Below the pieces are notes generated by a model. It worked only from the letters and a program-made list of their open reading frames with translations. It was not told where the DNA came from and did not search any database. Positions 16,259-23,865 of a stretch of 32,000 bases of DNA are shown piece by piece. The number at the start of each line of letters is the position of its first letter. Position 1 is the stretch's first letter. Source of the stretch: Ktedonobacterales bacterium (GTDB lineage: Bacteria > Chloroflexota > Ktedonobacteria > Ktedonobacterales > JADMIN01); contig CP126532.1 of the NCBI GenBank assembly GCA_030167145.1, positions 3,030,001-3,062,000 of the forward strand. Reading direction: 5' to 3'. Both the position numbers and the translations under genes were made by a program.

Positions 16259-17155
16259 CTAGCGCAGCACTTTATCTACCACCATCGCCGCGAAGATCAG
16301 CGCCAGATAGTAGTTCGAGAACCAGAAGAACTGGCGCGCGTTGGCCAGCGTGCGCGTGCGATAGAGCCGCACCGCCAGCGTCAGCAGCCCCACGCCCAGC
16401 GCCAGCGCCAGCGCCAGATACAGCCCGCCAAGCGTGTGCATCACGAACAGCGGAATCGTGCTCGCGCCCAGCACCACCGTATACAGCAATATCTGCTTGT
16501 ACGTCTCAGCCTCGCCGCGCACCACCGGCAGCATCGGCACGCCCGCGCGCTCGTAGTCTTTCTTCAGCACCAGCGATAGCGCCCAGAAATGCGGTGGCGT
16601 CCAGAGGAAGATAATAACGAACATCCAGATGGCCGGCCATGCAACGCTATTCGTCACCGCCGCCCAGCCAATCAGCACCGGCACTGCGCCCGCAGCGCCG
16701 CCGATGACGATATTCTGCGGCGTCGAGCGCTTCAGCCACATCGTATAGATGCCGACATAGAAAAGAATTGCGGAGAGCGCCAGCAGCGCGCTCAGCCAGT
16801 TCACGAAAAGGCCGAAGACCAGCACCGAGAGCGCGCCGACGGTGAGGCCAAAAATCAGCGCATGCCGCTCTGGCACACGCCCCGCTGGCAGCGTGCGTCC
16901 GCGCGTGCGGCTCATGATCTGGTCAATGTCGCGGTCCCAATAGCAATTGATGGCGTTGGCGCTGCCCGCCGCCAGTGCGCCGCCGGCCATTGTCGCCAGC
17001 GTCACCCACAGCTTCAGCGCGCCCGATGCCGCCACGGCCATCGCGGCCAGCGTCACCCCCAGGAGCAACACGGTCACGTGCGGCTTCATCAGGTTGATAT
17101 AGGCGGAGACCGTGGCTTTGCGCCTCGGCGCCGCGACCGTGGTCACGTGTTGCAT
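16259..17155 (-). CDS. ctaB: Heme o synthase (protoheme IX farnesyltransferase)
   Basis: UbiA-type motifs GSANAINCYWDRDIDQIMSRTRGRTLPAG and FLWTPPHFWAL. ATG 17155 (MQHVTT) has SD GAGGGAG. The rest of ORF 16259..18073 overlaps ctaG in another frame. Confidence 0.92.
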   Translation of the reverse strand: MQHVTTVAAPRRKATVSAYINLMKPHVTVLLLGVTLAAMAVAASGALKLWVTLATMAGGALAAGSANAINCYWDRDIDQIMSRTRGRTLPAGRVPERHALIFGLTVGALSVLVFGLFVNWLSALLALSAILFYVGIYTMWLKRSTPQNIVIGGAAGAVPVLIGWAAVTNSVAWPAIWMFVIIFLWTPPHFWALSLVLKKDYERAGVPMLPVVRGEAETYKQILLYTVVLGASTIPLFVMHTLGGLYLALALALGVGLLTLAVRLYRTRTLANARQFFWFSNYYLALIFAAMVVDKVLR

Positions 17156-17217
17156 ATCAGATTGCTCCCTCTGTTGCTCAGAGCGGCGTTCGGTGTTGGT
17201 ATTGAATGGGGCAATGC

Positions 17218-18099
17218 TCACTGGTGTCTGGCTGTCGCCAGGGCAGCGACCTCGCGTTTGCCCTCGCGGTCGTCTTCGATCAGCCACAACGCCAGCAGCG
17301 CCGTGACCGCCAGTGCGAAGATCGTGACGCCCGCCATATCCATGGCCGCGCCCGCGAGATGCTGATCTACCAGCGCTGCGGCGATGCTCGCGCCGTTGCC
17401 ATGACGCACATAGTACGCATAGAACGGCAGCGGCGAGAACATGAAGAATGCGCCGCCGACACTGGCCTGCATCCCATTCAGGATAACATAGACGATGCGC
17501 GCCGGATACCCCAGCCGCGAGTGCAGTGGCGCGGGCACGATGACCTGCGCCCAGAAGAGCAGCGCGGTGGCCAGCAGCAGCCCGTTCACCAGCGCCTGCA
17601 CCCCGCCCCGCGTCAGCTCGGCTTCGAGCAGCGCGGGCAGCAGTGCAATCCAGAACATCGCCGTCGCCAGCAGCAACCCTAGCCAGGGCTGCAAGAGTGT
17701 GCCAGCAGCGCCGCGCGCCACGCGATAGGCAACCGGATGGCGGATTGCCCAGGCCAGGCTGCCCGCACGCGCCCGCGCGGGCAGCGCCCGCCAGAAGGCG
17801 CGGAACGGCTGGCCGAGCAGCAACAGTGGCGGGGCGACCAGCGCCAGCAACACCTGGCCGCGCATATGCTCCAGCAGCGAATGCGCGCCGCGTGTATCCA
17901 GCGGCGAATCGAGCGCGACCAGCAACGCCAGCAAGCCGAGCGCGAAGAACACGGCGTGCCACCAGCGCAGGCGCTGAGCGGAACCGCCATCGCGCTGTGT
18001 CGCGCGGAATCCGAGCCAGTAGAGCAGGGCGATGATCGCCAGCGCAGCGATCACCGCCGGCTCGAATGGCCAATCGCGCGTGAGTGCGGAAAGTGCCAT
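17218..18099 (-). CDS. ctaG: Cytochrome c oxidase assembly protein (Caa3_CtaG family)
   Basis: Polytopic membrane protein, WPFEPAVIAALAIIALLYWLG...LEHMRGQVLLALVAPPLLLLG, located between ctaE and ctaB. It starts 7 nt after the ctaE stop, which suggests translational coupling. Confidence 0.8.
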   Translation of the reverse strand: MALSALTRDWPFEPAVIAALAIIALLYWLGFRATQRDGGSAQRLRWWHAVFFALGLLALLVALDSPLDTRGAHSLLEHMRGQVLLALVAPPLLLLGQPFRAFWRALPARARAGSLAWAIRHPVAYRVARGAAGTLLQPWLGLLLATAMFWIALLPALLEAELTRGGVQALVNGLLLATALLFWAQVIVPAPLHSRLGYPARIVYVILNGMQASVGGAFFMFSPLPFYAYYVRHGNGASIAAALVDQHLAGAAMDMAGVTIFALAVTALLALWLIEDDREGKREVAALATARHQ

Positions 18100-18106
18100 G
18101 GTAAAC

Positions 18107-18736
18107 CTAGATCTTTGGCGGTAGCAGCGTCATCATCAGCCACACCAGGATCGGCATCAGCGCCATCCAGTACCAGAAGTAGCCGACCGTCACCAGGCCG
18201 AGATGCCGCTCGCGGGTATACTTGCCACGAAAGGCGCGGATGGTCAGCGCCAGCCCCAGGAAGACGCCAATCGCCAGGTGATAGACGTGATAGCCGGAGA
18301 GCAGCAGCCATGTGCTGGCGAATGAGCCGTCCTTCGCGGCGAATTGCTGCGCGCCCATGAAGCGCGCCTGCATCACCAGCGTGACGACCACCAGCGCCAG
18401 CGCCACCACCAACCCCAACCGCAAGAGCAACTGATTGCCCATGGCGATGCCACGCTGCGCGATGAAGAAGAACACCGCGCTCGCGACAATCAGCACGACG
18501 AGCATATTGGTCGTCGTCTGGTCAGGCAGCGCCATGCCCTTGAAGGGGAACCAGCCACCTTGGGTGGGGTCGGTGCCAGGCGTATTATAGGCCCGCAGCC
18601 AGACATAGCTGACAAGCAAGAAGATCACGAAGGTCACGTCCGTCAGGACGTAGAAGAGAAAGCCCAAACGCACTTTGCGCTCATCGCTGAAGCCAGCGCC
18701 TGCGCCATGTGCGGGAGCCGAAATAGCCGCTTCCAT
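18107..18736 (-). CDS. ctaE: Cytochrome c oxidase subunit III
   Basis: 209 aa with 5 TM helices. Contains LFYVLTDVTFVIFLLVSY and SGYHVYHLAIGVFLGL, and follows ctaD. SD GAGAGG. Confidence 0.85.
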   Translation of the reverse strand: MEAAISAPAHGAGAGFSDERKVRLGFLFYVLTDVTFVIFLLVSYVWLRAYNTPGTDPTQGGWFPFKGMALPDQTTTNMLVVLIVASAVFFFIAQRGIAMGNQLLLRLGLVVALALVVVTLVMQARFMGAQQFAAKDGSFASTWLLLSGYHVYHLAIGVFLGLALTIRAFRGKYTRERHLGLVTVGYFWYWMALMPILVWLMMTLLPPKI

Positions 18737-18812
18737 TCCCGAATACCTCTCTGGTTAGCCGAACTGCGCGCCCGCGACACCACTCAGCGCCACGGGCGCG
18801 CTCCGAATCACG

Positions 18813-20744
18813 CTAGCCCGCGACCTGCCCACCAGCGGCGGCGGGGGCGGAGCCTTGCGCCACCTCTTCGGCGGGATCACCATAGTCGTAGGGGCCGTTA
18901 GTGACGACGGGAATCTTCTCGAAGTTCTCCAGCGGCACCGGTGTCGGCACCTGCCATTCCAGCGAGAGGGCGTGCCATGGATTGGCCTCGGCTTTCTGGC
19001 CCGCGACCCACGACACGATCACGTTGTAGAAGAAGATCGCCACGCCCGCGATCAGCACATAGGCGAAGAGGCTGGTCACGAGGTTCGGGCCGGCGAACTG
19101 CGGGTCATAGTCGGCCACGCGGCGCGGCATGCCCTGCAATCCGGCAATGAACATCGAGAGGAAGGCGACGTTGAAGCCGATCTGAATCAGCCAGAAGCTA
19201 ATCCAGCCAAGCTTCTCGTCCATCATGCGCCCAGTCATCTTGGGGAACCAGAAGTAGACCGCAGCGAAGAAGCCCATCAGCGCGCCACCGACGATGGTGA
19301 AGTGGAAGTGCGCCGTCACGAACATGCCGCCGTGCAACTGAATATCGGCGGGCACATCCGAGAGGTAGATGCCAGTGATGCCGCCGATAACGAAGTTCCA
19401 GATGAACGAAAGCGCGAAGAGCATCGGCACCGTCATCCAGATGCGCCCGCGCCAGATCGTGCCAATCGCCACCAAGAAGACGAAGCCGGTCGGAATCGAA
19501 ATCATCTCCGTCGTGGCCATATACCAGAAGCGTAGTTCTGGCGCCCAGCCCGACGTAAACTCGTGGTGCGCCCACACCAGGAAGCTCAGCACCACCACAC
19601 CCAGGATGCCCAGCACCGCCATCTTGTAGCCATACAGCGGCTTGCGACTGAACACCACCAGGATGTCGAGCACGATGCCGAAGGCGGGCAGCACGATCAG
19701 ATACACCTCTGGATGCCCGAAGAACCAGAAGAGGTTCTGCGAGAGCCAGGCGTTGCCGCCGCCCGCGCCGACCGAGTTGCCACCGGTCGCCGCGTAGAAA
19801 AAGCTGGTGTTATAGAGGCGGTCGAGCAGAATCAGCAGCAGGTCCACCGCGAAGGAGGAGGTGCCGATGGCGGCCAGCAGCGCCGCACCGAAGATGCCCC
19901 ACACCGTCATCGGCAGGCGAGTCCAGCGCATGCCGGGCGCGCGCATCGCGATGATCGTGGTGATGACATTGACCGCGCCGAGAATGGACGAGAAGCCCGC
20001 CAGGATCACTGCGCAGGCCAGCGCCGTGGCGCCCATGCCAGATTGATCGGTAATGGGGCCGAGCACCGTCCAGCCGGTCTGCACGCCGCCACCGGTGCCG
20101 TTGCTGTTGCCCATGCCCAGGAACGGGATGAAAGCGAAAATCGCCATCGCCGGAACGAGCAGCGCGAAGCTGAGCGCATTCAGGCGCGGGAACGCCATAT
20201 CACGCGCGCCAATCATGATCGGCACGATGAAGTTGCCGAACGGGCCGATGAAGAAGGTGATCGTCGTCAAGATCATCAGCATGCCATGCATGGTGACGAC
20301 GGTGTTATAAGTCGAAGGCGGGAACGCCTTCGCCCCTGGCGTAATCAACTCGGTGCGAATCAGCAGCGCACCAAGTCCGCCGAAGGCCAGCATAATCAGC
20401 GTCAGCACCAGATACTGGATGCCGACGACCTTGTGATCGGTGGTGAAGCGGAAATAGCGGATGACGCCGTCACCCTTGCCCGCCAGCCGCATCTCTTCAT
20501 CATGGCCGGGGTCTTTCGCTCCAAACAGCCAGGTGATGGGATACTTAAACGCGCCGATGCCGATCAGCCAGCCGATCAGCAATAAAGCAAAGCCGACCAT
20601 CAGCCCTTGCTCGGTGAAGTTCGGGCCGGCCTCATCATGTCCCTCGCCGATAAAGTGGGCGACGTACCAATTGCCTGCCAGGTAGCCAATCGCGCCCAGG
20701 ATGGCTCCCGTAAAGTAGCTCGGAACGAGCTTGCGTAGTGCCAT
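18813..20744 (-). CDS. ctaD: Cytochrome c oxidase subunit I (heme-copper oxidase, A-type) with an N-terminal extension of about 100 aa
   Basis: TTDHKVVGIQYL, WFFGHPEVYLIVLPAFG, VWAHHEFT and TAHFHFTIVGG. 643 aa in total. Confidence 0.97.
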   Translation of the reverse strand: MALRKLVPSYFTGAILGAIGYLAGNWYVAHFIGEGHDEAGPNFTEQGLMVGFALLLIGWLIGIGAFKYPITWLFGAKDPGHDEEMRLAGKGDGVIRYFRFTTDHKVVGIQYLVLTLIMLAFGGLGALLIRTELITPGAKAFPPSTYNTVVTMHGMLMILTTITFFIGPFGNFIVPIMIGARDMAFPRLNALSFALLVPAMAIFAFIPFLGMGNSNGTGGGVQTGWTVLGPITDQSGMGATALACAVILAGFSSILGAVNVITTIIAMRAPGMRWTRLPMTVWGIFGAALLAAIGTSSFAVDLLLILLDRLYNTSFFYAATGGNSVGAGGGNAWLSQNLFWFFGHPEVYLIVLPAFGIVLDILVVFSRKPLYGYKMAVLGILGVVVLSFLVWAHHEFTSGWAPELRFWYMATTEMISIPTGFVFLVAIGTIWRGRIWMTVPMLFALSFIWNFVIGGITGIYLSDVPADIQLHGGMFVTAHFHFTIVGGALMGFFAAVYFWFPKMTGRMMDEKLGWISFWLIQIGFNVAFLSMFIAGLQGMPRRVADYDPQFAGPNLVTSLFAYVLIAGVAIFFYNVIVSWVAGQKAEANPWHALSLEWQVPTPVPLENFEKIPVVTNGPYDYGDPAEEVAQGSAPAAAGGQVAG

Positions 20745-20761
20745 GTGCGTCGCTATCCCTT

Positions 20762-21601
20762 CTACACGCCGGCGGCACGTCTGCTGTCGGAGATCATCGC
20801 CATATCAGGAACCTTGATCGGCGTCAGGCTCGACGCGGCGGGCGTCATCACTGGCGCCGATGGCTCCTGATTCTGAATCCAGGTGTTGAAATCATCCTGG
20901 CTCACGACATGCACCACGGTCTCCATATAGGCGTGATACAAGCCGCATAGCTCAGCGCAGCGTATTGGGAACGTGCCGATGGTGTTAGGTGTCGCGCTGA
21001 TGTGCGTCGTCTCGCCTGGCACGGCGTCTTGCTTGATGCCCAGCGCCGGAATCCAGAACGAATGCTGTACGTCAATCGAGGTGATCGAGAACTCCACCGG
21101 CTTGTTGACCACCAACTCAAGCTGGCTGGTCCCGACGTTATTGCTGTCGGGATAGGAGAAATCCCAGAGCCATTGCTCGCCGGTCACGTTCACATGCAAC
21201 ACATCGCCTTTGGGCGCGGCGTTGACATTATTGAGGAACGCCAGGCCGTAGACGTAGAGAAAGATCACCAGCACAATCGAGATGATCACCCAGATTGGCT
21301 GGAAGCGCGAGCTGACGGCCATCGGCCGGCCATGCGCGTTGGGGCGCAAGCGGCTGCCCCAGGTAAATGCGCTATAGCCCGCAAAGACGATCACCAGCGC
21401 GAAGACTGGGATCGAGAGCAGGGTGAACAGGAACAAGACTTGATCTATGTCACCCGCGCGATCCGACGCGACCGCTGGCAACACATGCCACGCGGCCAGT
21501 TGCGGGCCGAGCACGAGCAACAAAACGATACCGACCACCGTACAGACTGCCCAGATGGCCGTCGCGCGCCAGACACTGCCGCGCTGAGGTGTCTCACTCA
21601 T
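20762..21601 (-). CDS. ctaC: Cytochrome c oxidase subunit II (CuA domain, no fused cytochrome c)
   Basis: HSFWIPALGIKQDAVPG and the CuA motif CAELCGLYHAYM. No CxxCH occurs anywhere. I prefer ATG 21601 (MSETPQ), which has GGAG upstream, over ATG 21625, which has no SD. Confidence 0.93.
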   Translation of the reverse strand: MSETPQRGSVWRATAIWAVCTVVGIVLLLVLGPQLAAWHVLPAVASDRAGDIDQVLFLFTLLSIPVFALVIVFAGYSAFTWGSRLRPNAHGRPMAVSSRFQPIWVIISIVLVIFLYVYGLAFLNNVNAAPKGDVLHVNVTGEQWLWDFSYPDSNNVGTSQLELVVNKPVEFSITSIDVQHSFWIPALGIKQDAVPGETTHISATPNTIGTFPIRCAELCGLYHAYMETVVHVVSQDDFNTWIQNQEPSAPVMTPAASSLTPIKVPDMAMISDSRRAAGV

Positions 21602-21655
21602 ATCGCGAACTCCGCTTCCCTTCATTGCAATTTCGGACGTTTCCCCACGTGACCC

Positions 21656-22423
21656 CTATTCAACTGTCAGCGTGCCGGACATGTAGCCCTTGGTGGACAT
21701 CGGGCCACCAAAGCCGTTGAACCCTGAGCCGCAGGGATCGAAGCACTGCCAGATGTAGTGGCCGGGCGCGCCGGTGATGAAGGAGAAGGTCGTCACGGCC
21801 GGATGTGCAGGCATTCCCGCGTCGTCCACCGGAATGCAGCCCTGCTGCTGGTCAGGTGGAATGGTTGGATCGCAGGAGTTCACGCCAAGCACGGGCACGC
21901 TGACGAAGAGATAGGGTTGATCCGCGCTGGGGATGCCATGAATCGTGAAGGTGTGCGAGACAGCGCCCGGATCTTCCTCGGCCATCGCCTGGCCGTCCAC
22001 CGTCAATTGCCCACTGATGCCGCGCGGCACCGCATAGTAGGGGTTGAGCAGCGGCGTCGCGCTGTCATAGTTTTCAATGGTGACCGTCACCAGCGCGTGC
22101 GCTGGCACCACCAGATTGGTTGTCGGCCAATACTTGACCCAATCGGGGTTATCGCCGATTGCCGACGGGAATGCGATCCCGTTGTCGCTCTTGCCCGTCA
22201 CATTGCTCGCGATCCAGTCGGGATCCTCATACGGATCCATCGGAAACGTCTGAAGCGTCAGCGAGACGTGTTTCAGCGTCCCCTGAGGGGTATCCGATGT
22301 TCCCTGATCGGCGCCGTTCAGGTTGGGCAAGGGCTTGGCCGCCGCCCCCAACAGCAGAACCACACTGACGCCAATCGCCGCGACAATGACGATGCTGAGA
22401 AATGCTCCCAGATACCTACGCAT
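21656..22423 (-). CDS. Membrane-anchored cupredoxin-like protein, first gene of the oxidase operon
   Basis: ATG 22423 (MRRYLGAFLSIVIVAAIGV, signal anchor). Cupredoxin-style strands are VVPAHALVTVTIENYD, SHTFTIHG and GAPGHYIWQCFDPCG...GPMSTKGYMSGTLTV. It lies 54 nt upstream of ctaC on the same strand. The longer ORF up to 22612 is less likely. Confidence 0.75.
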   Translation of the reverse strand: MRRYLGAFLSIVIVAAIGVSVVLLLGAAAKPLPNLNGADQGTSDTPQGTLKHVSLTLQTFPMDPYEDPDWIASNVTGKSDNGIAFPSAIGDNPDWVKYWPTTNLVVPAHALVTVTIENYDSATPLLNPYYAVPRGISGQLTVDGQAMAEEDPGAVSHTFTIHGIPSADQPYLFVSVPVLGVNSCDPTIPPDQQQGCIPVDDAGMPAHPAVTTFSFITGAPGHYIWQCFDPCGSGFNGFGGPMSTKGYMSGTLTVE

Positions 22424-22680
22424 GATACCAATGTTCCCCTTTCGTGTTACCGATGGGTAAAGGCGCCCACGTTCCCCGGTTTGCGGCTCATCAATTCCGG
22501 TTGCTTCCAAAGACGCCTGGTTTCTCGTACTCATGTGTACCATGCTTGCACAAGGGCGGCATGGTGCGTTTGCACCATTTCTGAGGAAAATCTCACAAAT
22601 CCATCTCAGCATCCGATATATCTGTCCAATGGTACAGATAGGTGCGCCTGGTGTGCGCCCCCGCGAAGGGCGACGGGCAT

Positions 22681-22814
22681 GCAGATAGGAAGGTCCGCCC
22701 CACCAGTAGGACAGACATTCTTGTCTGTCAGTGGGCAGATAGGAAGGTCCGCCCCACCAGTAGGACAGACATTCTTGTCTGTCAGTGGGCAGATAGGAAG
22801 GTCCGCCCCACCAG
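22681..22814. repeat. 54-bp tandem repeat, 2.5 copies, each carrying a hairpin
   Basis: The unit is GCAGATAGGAAGGTCCGCCCCACCAGTAGGACAGACATTCTTGTCTGTCAGTGG. It occurs at 22681-22734 and 22735-22788 (identical copies) and partially at 22789-22814. Each unit contains GACAGACA-TTCT-TGTCTGTC, with an outer CCCAC/GTGGG pairing. Confidence 0.95.
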
Positions 22815-23053
22815 AGGTCGGCGTCTCGCCAGCGATACGACGAGGAGGCATGACTTTGTATCTAGCCGCCCAATTGCCAGAAAATAGGCCATTCTCTACT
22901 CCACTTTTTCGCCGATTCTGGCATACACTGAACTGCACACGGTCTATAAAGCACGGGCGTTCGATGGATGATGCCCGCGTCTCGCCCACTGTGTGTTCGC
23001 CAGCCTCGTGTACTGGCGCATATCTCTCTGATAGCTCTCTGGAGGAGCGGCGT

Positions 23054-23809
23054 ATGTCGTCATCGCTGCGAGAAGCGGCACGCGTGGACTATGGGCTGGA
23101 TGCCCCCGCACTGGTGCGCACCTTCGGGCTGGGCGGTCTCGCGGCGCTGCTGCTGGGCGCGAGCGGCCTGCTCTGGGGTATCAGCGCGGGCAATATCCTG
23201 CTGGTGGCGCTGGGCGGATACCTGCTGCTCTGTGCGCTGCTCTTCGGCGGCACCAGCCTGCTGATGCTGCGCAGCAGCCGCACCGGCAAGCTGCGCGCCC
23301 GCGACCAATTGCTCGATGCGCTGCATCTGCGCGGCGATGAACACGTGCTGGATGTTGGCTGCGGGCACGGCCTGCTGCTGATTGGCGCGGCCAAGCGGCT
23401 GCCACGGGGCCGCGCCGTGGGCGTGGATACGTGGTCGCAGAGCGATCAGGCACGCAATTCGCGTGCGGCGACGCTCGCGAACGCGGAGGCCGAAGGCGTG
23501 GCCGAGCGGGTGGATGTGGTAGACGGAGCAATGGAGCGCATGCCGTTCGCCGATGCCAGCTTCGATGTGGTGGTCGCCAGCCTCGCGATTCACAACATCC
23601 CCGCCCGCGAGGGCCGCCGCCAGGCTATCGGCGAGATCGTGCGCGTGCTCAAACCCGGCGGCAAAGTGGCGCTGCTCGATTTTCGCGCCACCCGCGAATA
23701 CGCCGACAATCTGCGCGCCGCTGGCATGGTGGGCGTGCATGTCTCGGATGTCAGCTTCGTGATGTACCCACCGGTGCGCACCGTTCTCGGCATCAAGCCC
23801 GGTATGTGA
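23054..23809 (+). CDS. Class I SAM-dependent methyltransferase with an N-terminal 2-TM anchor
   Basis: Motif I is VLDVGCGHGLLLIGAA, followed by a post-I acidic residue, and FDVVVASLAIHNI...LKPGGKVALLDF. SD GGAGGAG lies 7 nt before ATG 23054. The rest of ORF 21758.. is antisense to the cupredoxin gene or non-coding. Confidence 0.85.
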   Translation: MSSSLREAARVDYGLDAPALVRTFGLGGLAALLLGASGLLWGISAGNILLVALGGYLLLCALLFGGTSLLMLRSSRTGKLRARDQLLDALHLRGDEHVLDVGCGHGLLLIGAAKRLPRGRAVGVDTWSQSDQARNSRAATLANAEAEGVAERVDVVDGAMERMPFADASFDVVVASLAIHNIPAREGRRQAIGEIVRVLKPGGKVALLDFRATREYADNLRAAGMVGVHVSDVSFVMYPPVRTVLGIKPGM

Positions 23810-23865
23810 TACCAGTGTGATAGGGTTGACATGGCGCATAGAGCGGAGTCGAAAGGAGACGAACC

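Noticed and set aside
17156-18073. Upstream 305 codons of ORF 16259..18073(-)
   Set aside because: They overlap ctaG in a different frame. ctaB homology, with a good SD, begins at ATG 17155.
18855-20585. Plus-strand ORFs 18855..19535 and 19563..20585
   Set aside because: They are antisense to ctaD and have His/Arg/Asp-rich nonsense composition.
22681-22814. Possible CRISPR array
   Set aside because: The repeat units abut with no unique spacers, only 2.5 copies are present, and there are no cas genes in the window.
21758-23053. First 432 codons of the 683-aa ORF 21758..23809
   Set aside because: This part is antisense to the cupredoxin gene and then runs through the 54-bp repeats (GRSAPPVGQTFLSVSGQI x2.5). 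Methyltransferase homology and a proper SD start at 23054.
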